From: a bacterium
GTDB taxonomy: Bacteria; Krumholzibacteriota; Krumholzibacteriia; G020349025
Assembly (NCBI GenBank): GCA_031362565.1
Contig: JANLSU010000106.1
Span: 1-64,000 of the forward strand
DNA length: 64,000 nt
Direction of reading: 5' to 3'
Both the position numbers and the translations under genes were made by a program. The notes under the pieces are model-generated. The model was given only the letters and a program-made list of their open reading frames with translations. It was not told the origin of the DNA and ran no database searches. Position 1 is the first letter of the stretch. The number at the start of each line of letters is the position of its first letter. Shown here piece by piece: positions 22,470-31,746 of this stretch.

Positions 22470-22583
22470 AAGGCGCAGCTCTGCTGCCGCGCGGGGCCTC
22501 CCAGGGAGTGGGCGCTATCAGCCAAGCGTCCGCACCCGATCGGAGGGGGAGAGGCTCCCGGCTAGGAGCTGCGCCTTTGTTTT
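22470..22583 (+). ncRNA. putative structured small RNA or argF leader (unknown family)
   Basis: 12-bp perfect closing stem plus three nested helices with G-U pairs on +; starts just after the promoter; ends in TTTGTTTT. Confidence 0.55.
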
Positions 22584-22631
22584 CCCCCCTTGTCCGAGTC
22601 GAAGCCAGGCACCATTCCAGGAGTGATGTGC

Positions 22632-23558
22632 GTGCTGCGTGGGCGTAGCTTCGTGACCATGCTGGATTTCTCGACCGAGGAAATCCATACGCTGCTCCGG
22701 GTCGCGACGCGTTTCAAAGATGACCTGAACGCTGGGCTGCCGCATCCGCTCTTGCCGGGCCGCACGTTGGCGATGATCTTCGCCAAGCCCTCGACGCGAA
22801 CGCGCGTCTCGTTCGAGATCGGCATGCGCCATCTGGGCGGCCACGCACTCTTCTTGGCGGCGAGCGACATTCAGCTCGGTACGGGCGAGTCGCTCGCGGA
22901 CACGGCGCGGGTTCTCGGCCGCATGGCCAACGGCATTGTGGCGCGCACCTACGCCCATGAGGACGTCGAGCAGTTGGCGAAATATGCCGGCGTACCGGTC
23001 ATCAACGGCCTCTCGAACCTGCACCATCCTTGTCAGGCGCTCGCCGACTTACTGACCATTCAGGAGAAGAAAGGCCGCCTCGCCGGCATTCAACTGGCGT
23101 ACGTCGGCGATTCGAACAACGTCACGCATTCGCTGCTCGAAGCCGGGGCGAAGGTTGGAATGCATGTCCGGGTCGGTTCACCGGCCGGCTATCAGCCTGA
23201 CCCGGAAGTTTGGGAGCGGGCGAGCGTCGAGGCCCGCCGCACCGGCGCGCGGCTCGAGGTCATGGAGGATCCGGTGGAAGCGGTGCAGGGCGCGCAGGTG
23301 GTCTACACCGACACCTGGGTGAGCATGGGATGGGAGGCCGAGCGCGAAGAACGAGTCCGGCTTTTCCGCCCGTACCAGGTGAACGACGCGCTGCTGGCGC
23401 ATGCTCATCCCGAAGCCATCTTCTTGCACTGCTTGCCGGCGCACCGTGGTGAGGAAGTCACCAATGAGATCCTCGACGGGCCGCGCTCCGCGGTCTTCGA
23501 CGCCGCCGAAAATCGCCTCCACGCCCAGAAGGCGATCCTGGCGCTTCTGATGGCGTGA
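22632..23558 (+). CDS. argF: ornithine carbamoyltransferase
   Basis: STRT, HPCQ, DTWVSMG, HCLP, AENRLH; AGGAG RBS (alternative ATG 22626). Confidence 0.95.
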   Translation: MLRGRSFVTMLDFSTEEIHTLLRVATRFKDDLNAGLPHPLLPGRTLAMIFAKPSTRTRVSFEIGMRHLGGHALFLAASDIQLGTGESLADTARVLGRMANGIVARTYAHEDVEQLAKYAGVPVINGLSNLHHPCQALADLLTIQEKKGRLAGIQLAYVGDSNNVTHSLLEAGAKVGMHVRVGSPAGYQPDPEVWERASVEARRTGARLEVMEDPVEAVQGAQVVYTDTWVSMGWEAEREERVRLFRPYQVNDALLAHAHPEAIFLHCLPAHRGEEVTNEILDGPRSAVFDAAENRLHAQKAILALLMA

Positions 23559-23594
23559 CCTTGGCCGCGGGCCGGCGCCCTTTCGGGGCGGCGC

Positions 23595-23624
23595 TTGACC
23601 GGATTCGCACCGCGTTCTTATAAT
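23595..23624 (+). promoter_or_regulatory. near-consensus sigma70 promoter
   Basis: TTGACC-18 nt-TATAAT, 59 nt upstream of the 23684 ATG. Confidence 0.75.
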
Positions 23625-23683
23625 GGTGCACCCCTCTCCGTGCCGCCACGCGGCACATCATTCCCCGGAGACAGGAGACCGGC

Positions 23684-26600
23684 ATGCAGGCCCGCAGGTC
23701 GTGGAGACTGGCGCTCGCCGGATCGTTCGTTGTCATCGCATTCGCTGCATCTCAAGTTGGCGCCGCGCCTCGGCGGATGACCGAGTCCGCCGACCGGATG
23801 CACCTCGAGTTCGAGATCGAATTGCCGCCCCCCGTGCGCACCGAAGTCGCGATCGCCGGATCGCCGTTCACGCGCCTCCTCTTCCCGGGCCTGCGGCTCA
23901 CGGGATCGCCGGGCGCTCCGGAACTCTATGTCGATACCGAATGGCTCGCGGTGCCGCCAGGTGGTACCGCCACGGTTCGCGTCCTGGAACAGCAGGTCGA
24001 GGACCTGGGCGTTCTGCGTCTCGTGCCGCGTCCATTCGCGGCTGCCGAAGCCGGGCCCGGCATCGACGGCCGAGCCGGCACCGGGCCCGAGATGTTGCGC
24101 GAGGATCTGCGCTATGACCCGCGCGCCTATCTCGCCGATGGTGCTCAAACGGAAATCGTCCATCTCGGAGCGCCCGCGACACTGCGCTATCAATCCGTGG
24201 TGCGGCTCGAGATCCGCGCTCTCTTGTACGACCCACAGCGCGAACGGGCGCGCGTCGTCCGGCGGGTGCGCGTCGCCGTCGATTTCCGCCCGGCGCCCCG
24301 GATCGATGCCGATCACCTGGCGATCGCGCCGCCGGCATCGCCCGCCTGGGAACGCCTGTACGCGGGTTTGGTGTTGAATCCGGCCGCCGGTTCCGAGTGG
24401 CGGCGCGCCCCGCAGCGCACCGTACAGGCCGGCAAACCACTCGCAAGCGGACTCTTGCGGCCCGGATTGTTGGGCGAGGACGAATGGAAGGTGCACGTTA
24501 CGGCCACCGGGCCGGTTCGCGTCACCGGCAGCGCCCTCGCGGCGGCGGGATTTCCGCAAGGCACACTCGCGACGGCGCTCCGGCTCGTGATCCGGCGCTA
24601 CGATCCGGCAGAGCCGCTCGCTCCGGCGATCCTCGAGATCCCCATTCAGGTAGACGACACGAATCACGACGGTGTGTTCGACGCCACCGACAGCTTTGTC
24701 TTCTACGGCGAACATCCGCGTGACGATTCGACGAGCGAAGACCGAGTCGCGCGTGCCTCGGAGGAGAATGTGTACTGGCTTTCCGTCGTGCCGGGGGGAA
24801 CACCGGCGCGGATGCCGGTCCGGGCGCGGCGTCCTGCCGCTGCCGCCGGCCCGGCGACATTTCAACAGAACATCACGTACGAGCAGGACTCGACGCTCAA
24901 TTTGCAGGTGTTCGGTAACAACAACGACCCCGGCGACACCGAAGAAATGTACTTCTGGACGGGGGTCGGGGCGCGGACCTCGGTGACGGTGGCGCTGCCC
25001 GGCCGCGCCGCGGGCGCCGCGGTGCACGTTTGCGTCGAGACCCAGGAGGATTCCGATACCCGGGCGTTCCAGTTGTTCGCGAAAAGCGGGGCCGCGGACA
25101 GCGTGCTGCTCGCGACCAATTTCGGAACGAGTTCGACGGGATCCACCCCGCGCCAGACGACGTGCGGCACGATGCCCGACGCGTCGCTCGGCGCCAGTGA
25201 TCTGCGGGCGATTTTGCGGGAAACGTTCCCCAGAAGCGGCACGCCGTACCTGGATCTGGTGCGCGTCGACTACCCAGCGACCTACGTCGCGGCCGGCAAC
25301 CGCATCCGTTGCACGAACGGTGGCGGCGCCGGCGAGCAGTTCTTGCCGATCGGCGGCTTCACCGACTCGAATCTGCGCGCCTTCGACATCACCGATCCGA
25401 AACGCACTGCCGCATTCGACCTGGCGGGAGCCTACGCCGGCGGGGTTCTGACCCTGACCGACAGCATTGCAACCGGCGTCGTGCATTCCTACCTGGTCGT
25501 TGCCGATGCCTCGATTCCAACCGCGGCGGTTGATCTGGACCGGCGCGATGATATTCTGAGTGAACTTGCGACGACACCTCTGGGGACGTATGACGTGCTG
25601 GTCGTGTGCGCGGACATTCTCATCAATGATCCGGTTCTCGCAGAGTGGAAAGCGTTTCGTGAAGCGCAGGGCCACCGCCTCCGCATGGTGCGGGTCAGCG
25701 ATGCGTGCGATGCGTTCCGCGGCGGGTTGCACCACTACGAAGGTGTGCACCGGCTCTGCGAACAGGCGTTTCGCAATTGGGGCATCGAGTTCGTGGTCCT
25801 GGTCGGCGACGGCAGCGAAGATGCAGCGCACCTGCTGCCGGAAAGCGGCCCGGATCTCGTGCCGTCTCGGCTGCGTTATTTCCTCGTGCCGTCGTCGAGC
25901 GATCCCGGCAATCCGCAGTATCGCAACGACATCAACGACAAGTGGTATTCGCAGGTTGCCGGCGGACCCTCGGATCCGATTTCGGACCTCATCGTCGGAC
26001 GGCTCCCGGCCGCGAACAGCACCGAGCTGGCGGCGGTCTTGCGTAAGACGATGCTGTACGAGACCCCGGCGGCCGGCGACGACAGCGCCTGGCGCAAGCG
26101 CGTTCTGATGTTCGCGGACGACGAGTGGGTCAAACGCGCCGAGCCCAATATCGTGCACCGGCGCGGTTGTTTCGAACCGCTATTCGAAAAGGGCGTGATC
26201 GAGGCCAGCAACGTCGTGGACGGTGCCTTTCCGGGCGACCTCCGGTCGGTGCGGTTTTTCCTGCGCGAACATTCCGATCGCATGGGGGCCAACAACGATC
26301 CGCACGTGCCGTTCGTGCCGGAGCACCGGGCCGTCGATCCGGATTCGATCCTCGACTACTGCCCGAACGGCCAGCCCCACTCCGTGGGTAGCGCGGAGAC
26401 CTCGTTCTATGGCGGCATGCTGGACGGCCAGGTCGGCAAGGCGCTGGTCGATTCGGTTGGCGCCGGCTGCCTCTTCTTCGCGTTGCAGTCGCATGCGAGC
26501 CGCAATGTCGTCGGTGATGAAGCGGTCATCAACAATGTCGAGCCGCCGTTCGTACCGCCGTTCCGCAACGACGGTAAACCGTTCATCTTCTTCGGCTTCG

Positions 26601-27964
26601 GTTGCCACCTGAACGAGTTCGGCCCGGCAGGCGAGAACGGCGGACGCATTCCGGGGGACTGCCTCGGCGAAAATCTGGTGCTGACGGAGTCGCGTGGCGC
26701 CGTCGCGAGCTATGCCAGCACCGGCTTCGAATTCCTGCAGGAGAACAACCAGTACCACACCTGGATGTGGCGGGTCATTTTCGAAAAACGCTATTCGCGT
26801 GCCATCGGCGGCGCGAGCGTCGCGGCCGACACGATCGCGGCGCGCTGGGGCCTCGGGGAACTGCTGGAACTCTCGGAAATCGGTTTTGGGGACCCGGATC
26901 TTTCGGCCCGCTATTGTGTTCTCGGTGACCCCATGTTGCGGCTCGATGCCGGGGTGCCGCGGGTGACGGTCGACCGCATCGACAATGGGTTTCTGCAGCC
27001 CGGCGGCCGCCTGGCGATTCGCAATCGACTGCAGCCTCTGGGCCTGCGGGTGACGCTGCGCGATGAACAGGGCCTGGATTCGCTGTGGGTCGTTGAGCGT
27101 TTTGCGGGCGGCGCCAACGTGCCGATTCCGAACGTCACCCGCATCGCCAATATCGATACCGCCGCGGCGATCGTCGCCAAGCGCAGCATCACGGTCGATT
27201 TCCAACTGTCGATCGATCAGTGCAACTTCGACATCGTGATCGGTGCGCGGGATCTCGCCGGGCGGGTGACGGAATTCGTCGGCCGCCTGCAACCCGAGCA
27301 GCGGCTCTTGGCGAATGGCGTGCCGATCACGAGCGGCGAACGGGTCGATCCGCGGACCGCCTTCGACTTCGAAATCCAAGAGTGTTCGCCGGTGCCGGGC
27401 GCGTTGCCGCTCGAAGTCCGCTTGGATGGCGCGATCGTCCCGCCCGAACTCTTGGTCATCCGGCCGGATGCCGAGCGCGTCAATTGGCAGGCGGAGTTCA
27501 CGCCGCCTTGGCTCGCGGCCGGCACGCACCGGCTGCAGTTCGTGTATGCGGGTGACATTCTGGCGACCTACGACGTCACCGTCGGCGGCTTTGGAATGAC
27601 GGAAGTCGTGGCGTTTCCAAACCCGTTGCGCAAGCACGACGACGCCATGCGCATCTTCTTTCACTTGGGCGAGCCGATCGCCGGCGGGCACCTGCGGATC
27701 ATGGATTTGAACGGCCGCACCGTGGGGCGCGAGGATTTGTCGCAGCCGGGCGTCGTCAAGAGCGACGTGCAAGTGCCGCCCGGTGCGATCGGCAGCGGTG
27801 TCGGCCAGGACGATACGCACTGGAACTACGTGGAGCTCTTCCGCGCCGGGCTCGATGCGCGCGGCGATGCGCTCGCCAATGGCGTCTACTTGTACGAACT
27901 CGAGATCCGTGGCCTCTCGGGCCAGACGCAGCGCCGGCGTGATCGGGTCGTGATCATGCGTTGA
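23684..27964 (+). CDS. PorU-like C25-family peptidase/sortase with propeptide and C-terminal sorting domain
   Basis: Signal peptide; WKVHV...GPVRVTG..L...GF, FVFYG, ENVYWL (PorU-like); VLVGDG, VGRLP, QSHAS (His), FGCH (Cys), LGDP; FPNP...NGVYLYEL. Confidence 0.75.
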   Translation: MQARRSWRLALAGSFVVIAFAASQVGAAPRRMTESADRMHLEFEIELPPPVRTEVAIAGSPFTRLLFPGLRLTGSPGAPELYVDTEWLAVPPGGTATVRVLEQQVEDLGVLRLVPRPFAAAEAGPGIDGRAGTGPEMLREDLRYDPRAYLADGAQTEIVHLGAPATLRYQSVVRLEIRALLYDPQRERARVVRRVRVAVDFRPAPRIDADHLAIAPPASPAWERLYAGLVLNPAAGSEWRRAPQRTVQAGKPLASGLLRPGLLGEDEWKVHVTATGPVRVTGSALAAAGFPQGTLATALRLVIRRYDPAEPLAPAILEIPIQVDDTNHDGVFDATDSFVFYGEHPRDDSTSEDRVARASEENVYWLSVVPGGTPARMPVRARRPAAAAGPATFQQNITYEQDSTLNLQVFGNNNDPGDTEEMYFWTGVGARTSVTVALPGRAAGAAVHVCVETQEDSDTRAFQLFAKSGAADSVLLATNFGTSSTGSTPRQTTCGTMPDASLGASDLRAILRETFPRSGTPYLDLVRVDYPATYVAAGNRIRCTNGGGAGEQFLPIGGFTDSNLRAFDITDPKRTAAFDLAGAYAGGVLTLTDSIATGVVHSYLVVADASIPTAAVDLDRRDDILSELATTPLGTYDVLVVCADILINDPVLAEWKAFREAQGHRLRMVRVSDACDAFRGGLHHYEGVHRLCEQAFRNWGIEFVVLVGDGSEDAAHLLPESGPDLVPSRLRYFLVPSSSDPGNPQYRNDINDKWYSQVAGGPSDPISDLIVGRLPAANSTELAAVLRKTMLYETPAAGDDSAWRKRVLMFADDEWVKRAEPNIVHRRGCFEPLFEKGVIEASNVVDGAFPGDLRSVRFFLREHSDRMGANNDPHVPFVPEHRAVDPDSILDYCPNGQPHSVGSAETSFYGGMLDGQVGKALVDSVGAGCLFFALQSHASRNVVGDEAVINNVEPPFVPPFRNDGKPFIFFGFGCHLNEFGPAGENGGRIPGDCLGENLVLTESRGAVASYASTGFEFLQENNQYHTWMWRVIFEKRYSRAIGGASVAADTIAARWGLGELLELSEIGFGDPDLSARYCVLGDPMLRLDAGVPRVTVDRIDNGFLQPGGRLAIRNRLQPLGLRVTLRDEQGLDSLWVVERFAGGANVPIPNVTRIANIDTAAAIVAKRSITVDFQLSIDQCNFDIVIGARDLAGRVTEFVGRLQPEQRLLANGVPITSGERVDPRTAFDFEIQECSPVPGALPLEVRLDGAIVPPELLVIRPDAERVNWQAEFTPPWLAAGTHRLQFVYAGDILATYDVTVGGFGMTEVVAFPNPLRKHDDAMRIFFHLGEPIAGGHLRIMDLNGRTVGREDLSQPGVVKSDVQVPPGAIGSGVGQDDTHWNYVELFRAGLDARGDALANGVYLYELEIRGLSGQTQRRRDRVVIMR

Positions 27965-29372
27965 ACGGCCGGCCCGGCAAGGGCTCTACCGGGCCGCGCC
28001 GGATGTCGACCGGCCCGGTCGCAGGAACCACGGCGGCGGCGATGCGATGCAGCGCCAGTGCCAGCCCGAAGAACGTGAACAGAATTCCGAAAAAAGTCAG
28101 GCTGAGCACTACGGCGCTGACGGCGAAGACGGCGAGTGCAATCGCCACGGCTTCGGCGAGGGACTGGTCGCTACGGCGTCCGGTGGCGCGAAAACGCTTT
28201 GCCGCCCCGAGCGCCATGCCGATGCCGCTTGCCAGCCAGGCGACGTAGGCAAGGCCTCCCACCACTCCAAGACTTGCCAGGGCTTCGACGTAGGTGTTGT
28301 GCGCCACGTAGCCTCCCAGCATGAACGACGGGGAGTTGGCGCGAAAATTCCCGAGGCCGACGCCGAACCACGGATGGTCGAGGAACATCTGCCAGCCGCC
28401 TTCGAGCACATGCTGGCGGATTTGCAGCGACCGGTCGACCACGATGCCGCCGAACTGGGCGATGGATTCGAAGCGCACCCAATACACCGGCGGCAGCAGG
28501 AGCGCCACCGTCACCGACGCGATCAATACCGCAACCGCGTAGGGACGAGCGCGGCGGGCGCGCAGGACGAGGCCGACCAGGGTTGCGCCGAGCACGAGCA
28601 TGCCGCCGCGCGATTGCGTCAGGATGACGGTACTGATCAGCAACAGGAGAATCACCACCAGCGCCCAGCGGGCGCGCCGCGCGACGTGGGCGAGACTCGC
28701 TAATACGAGCGGCAGAAGAGTGTTCGCGAAAACCGCCAGTGCATTGGGCTCGAAGCCAAGCCCTCCCAAGCGCAGCTCGCCGACCAATTCGAGCAGCTTG
28801 CCGCCGCCGCCGGCCCCGAGGAGGCCGCGCAACACGGCGAGCGTCGACACCGCGATCCCGCCACTCATCGCCAGGCACACGGCGACGACGCGGCGCGGCT
28901 CGCGCGCAAAGTGCGCAATCGCCAATGACGTCGACAGGCCACATGCGATGAGCAGCGCCTGGTCGCCGACGTACGACCAGTTCCGCGCTGCGAGCGTCGA
29001 CGTCAAGCACGTGGCCAGGAGGACGGCGAGTGCCAGGCGATGCGGCCGCGAACCGAACTCGAGACGAGCGCCGCCGAGAACGTCATATACTAGGCGCGCG
29101 ACAACGACGAGGAGCAAGATGCCGGCGACCGGCCCCGGGATGAAACGCCCGAGCGCCGAATAGCCGATGAAGAACATCACCAAAAGCGATGCGAAGGGCT
29201 GCGCGAAGAGCACCGCTCCGGCCACGGCGAGTACCAAGCCGCCGACGGTGAGGATCACGAGGCGCGGGCCGCGCAGCCAGAAGAGCGGCAGAAGTGCCAC
29301 AAGTCCCAGCAGAAAGAGACTGGGCAAGCGCCACCAGCTCCGCGCGTAGCGGTCCGAGAGCTCATCCCCCAT
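27954..29372 (-). CDS. O-antigen ligase (Wzy_C/WaaL) family membrane protein
   Basis: Multiple TM helices; EPN, TQSRGG, HPWFGVGLGNF, AHNTY. Confidence 0.85.
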   Translation of the reverse strand: MGDELSDRYARSWWRLPSLFLLGLVALLPLFWLRGPRLVILTVGGLVLAVAGAVLFAQPFASLLVMFFIGYSALGRFIPGPVAGILLLVVVARLVYDVLGGARLEFGSRPHRLALAVLLATCLTSTLAARNWSYVGDQALLIACGLSTSLAIAHFAREPRRVVAVCLAMSGGIAVSTLAVLRGLLGAGGGGKLLELVGELRLGGLGFEPNALAVFANTLLPLVLASLAHVARRARWALVVILLLLISTVILTQSRGGMLVLGATLVGLVLRARRARPYAVAVLIASVTVALLLPPVYWVRFESIAQFGGIVVDRSLQIRQHVLEGGWQMFLDHPWFGVGLGNFRANSPSFMLGGYVAHNTYVEALASLGVVGGLAYVAWLASGIGMALGAAKRFRATGRRSDQSLAEAVAIALAVFAVSAVVLSLTFFGILFTFFGLALALHRIAAAVVPATGPVDIRRGPVEPLPGRPFNA

Positions 29373-29417
29373 GCGGCGCCAGGTGTTCGTGTTCGGCCTC
29401 CTCGTCCCGCTGGCCGC

Positions 29418-29447
29418 AGCTTGGGGGCCCGGGGGAAGGCGTGTCAA
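29418..29447 (-). promoter_or_regulatory. possible promoter for the O-antigen ligase gene
   Basis: Minus strand TTGACA-18 nt-CAAGCT. Confidence 0.4.
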
Positions 29448-29559
29448 CGCTGGCAATCCCGCTTGGGGGCAACGCGTCGTGGACAGCCTGGCGCTCTTTG
29501 GCTAACGTCGGCCCAGTGGTGGGGAGGGCCCGTGGCGGGCCCGTGCTGCGGAGGACGCA

Positions 29560-30513
29560 ATGACACCCGACTCGACGACGAACGCCAGGGCGCACGCCGA
29601 CGAAGTACAACGTGTCTTGGCCGAACTGCAAACGCTCTCGACCGAACAGCGCAATCCGCGCACCCTCGACGTCGACTTGCTCGACAGTACGGCGATTCTG
29701 CGGCTCATCAACAACGAAGATCAAACTGTCCCCGGCATTGTCGGTGGACAGATTCCCGCCATCGCGCGCGCCGTGGATCTGGCCGAGAAGAGCCTGCGCA
29801 GTGGGGGAAGGCTGGTCTATGTCGGCGCCGGTACGAGTGGGCGCCTCGGGGTGTTGGATGCGGCGGAATGTCCACCGACCTTCGGAACCGACCCACGCCA
29901 GGTGGTCGGGCTCTTGGCCGGCGGCCTCGAGGCGCTCGTCAAGGCACGCGAAGGCGTCGAGGACGCCCAAGATGCCCCGGTCGAGGACTTGCGTCAGTTG
30001 GGGCTCGAGGCTCGCGACACCGTTGTCGCGATTACCGCCAGCCGCCGGACTCCGTACCCGCTTGCAGCGCTGCGTTACGCGCGCTCGATCGGCAGCTCGA
30101 CGGTGTTCCTCACGTGCAACACCCCACCGGCGGATCTCGACGCCGACGTGATCATCGCCGCGGTGGTCGGGCCGGAAGTCGTTTGCGGCTCGACGCGCAT
30201 GAAATCGGGGACGGCGCAGAAGCTCATTTTGAACATGATTTCGACGGCGACGATGATCCGCTTGGGCAAGACCTATCAGAACATGATGATCGACCTGCGG
30301 CCGATGTCCCGCAAACTCGAAGCGCGGAGCCAGGGCATCCTCATGAAGCTTCTGGGGATCGAATATGACGCCGCGGCCGCGCTGCTCGAGTCCGCGGGCG
30401 GGTCCGTGAAACGCGCCCTGTGCATGGGCATGGCGGACTGTGCCGCCGCCGAAGCCGACCGCCGGCTGGATTCCGCCGGCGGCGTGTTGCGGCGCGCCGT
30501 CGAATCACGCTGA
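29560..30513 (+). CDS. murQ: N-acetylmuramic acid 6-phosphate etherase
   Basis: TEQRNP, GAGTSGRLGVLDAAECPPTFG, GPEVVCGSTRMKSGTAQK. Confidence 0.95.
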   Translation: MTPDSTTNARAHADEVQRVLAELQTLSTEQRNPRTLDVDLLDSTAILRLINNEDQTVPGIVGGQIPAIARAVDLAEKSLRSGGRLVYVGAGTSGRLGVLDAAECPPTFGTDPRQVVGLLAGGLEALVKAREGVEDAQDAPVEDLRQLGLEARDTVVAITASRRTPYPLAALRYARSIGSSTVFLTCNTPPADLDADVIIAAVVGPEVVCGSTRMKSGTAQKLILNMISTATMIRLGKTYQNMMIDLRPMSRKLEARSQGILMKLLGIEYDAAAALLESAGGSVKRALCMGMADCAAAEADRRLDSAGGVLRRAVESR

Positions 30514-30528
30514 AGGCAGGGAGGCCGC

Positions 30529-31746
30529 GTGCTCGCGCACTTGAGGGCGATCGTCGAGAAACCGGAACGGCGCATCGTCGGCCTCATGTCGGGAACCTCC
30601 ATGGATGGCATCGACGCGGCGCTGGTGCGGGTGCGGGGTTCGGGGCTTGGTTGCCGCGTCACCCTCGAACGCTTCGAGTGCCGTCCGTACGATGCGGCGC
30701 TGCGCTTGCGTCTCTTGCACGCGGCGAGTGGCGAACCCATCGCGGTGGGCGAGTTTGCGCGCTTGCACGCCCACGTCGCGGCGGTTTTTGCCGAGGCGGC
30801 GCTCGCCGTCATCGGCGCCGCGGGGTTGGTACCGCGCGACGTCGATGCGATCGGCACGCACGGGCAGACCCTGTTTCATCACGCGCCGGCGCCCGGGCCT
30901 TTCGATCCTGAGCGCACGACGTGGCAAGCGGGCTCGCTGCCGGTGCTCGCGGCGCGGACCGGAATTCTCACCGTGGGTGATTTCCGGCCCGCCGACATTG
31001 CCTTCGGCGGCACGGGTGCGCCACTCGTCCCGTATTGCGACTTCGTGTTGCGCCGCAGCGCGACCGAGAACCGGGTGCTTCTCAATCTGGGCGGCATCGC
31101 CAACCTGACGTATCTGCCCGCCGGCGCAACGGCCGCCGCGGTTTGCGCCTGGGACGTGGGTCCGGGGAACTTGGTCATGGATGGCCTGGCGCAAGAACTC
31201 TTGGGTGAAGAGTGTGATCGCGACGGCGCGCATGCGGCGCGCGGCCGCGTCGATCACGAGTGGGTGGCAAGCCTGCTCGGCGACGAGTACTTCCGGCGTG
31301 CGGCACCGAAATCGGCCGGGCGGGAACAGTTCGGTGCCGGTTTCGTGCGCCGTGTGTTGGAGCGCGCGGCCGGGAGCGGCATGTCGCCCGAAGATCTTCT
31401 GGCCACCGCCGTCGAACTCACTGCCGGAGCCGTTGCCGACGCACTCCGGCGTCCGCCGCTCGGTGTAGGGCGCGTCGATACCGTGTATGTGACCGGCGGC
31501 GGCCGCCATAATCGCACCTTGATGCAACGCCTGACCGAACTCGTCTTGCCGGCGGCGCTCGGCGGCATCGAAGTCCTGGGAGTCGATCCCGACGCCAAGG
31601 AAGCCGTCGACTTTGCGGTGCTCGCGAACGAGACCCTGTGCGGCAATTCCGGCAACCTGCCGAATGTGACCGGCGCCCAGCGGGCTTGCATTCTGGGCGC
31701 GATCGCCTGGGCCGGCGACGGCTCGCGCCGGTTGGAGTCGACGTGA
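30529..31746 (+). CDS. anmK: anhydro-N-acetylmuramic acid kinase
   Basis: GLMSGTSMDGID, HGQT, GAPLVP, NLGGIAN, PKSAGRE, KEAVDFA. Confidence 0.95.
   Translation: MLAHLRAIVEKPERRIVGLMSGTSMDGIDAALVRVRGSGLGCRVTLERFECRPYDAALRLRLLHAASGEPIAVGEFARLHAHVAAVFAEAALAVIGAAGLVPRDVDAIGTHGQTLFHHAPAPGPFDPERTTWQAGSLPVLAARTGILTVGDFRPADIAFGGTGAPLVPYCDFVLRRSATENRVLLNLGGIANLTYLPAGATAAAVCAWDVGPGNLVMDGLAQELLGEECDRDGAHAARGRVDHEWVASLLGDEYFRRAAPKSAGREQFGAGFVRRVLERAAGSGMSPEDLLATAVELTAGAVADALRRPPLGVGRVDTVYVTGGGRHNRTLMQRLTELVLPAALGGIEVLGVDPDAKEAVDFAVLANETLCGNSGNLPNVTGAQRACILGAIAWAGDGSRRLEST

Noticed and set aside
22470..22577. SRP (4.5S) RNA or T-box identity for the rod RNA
   Set aside because: Lacks the SRP domain IV CAGG...GNRA...AGCA motif and the T-box GGTGGNACC sequence on either strand
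23574..23594. Hairpin after argF as an intrinsic terminator
   Set aside because: Only a 5-6 bp stem and no U-tract
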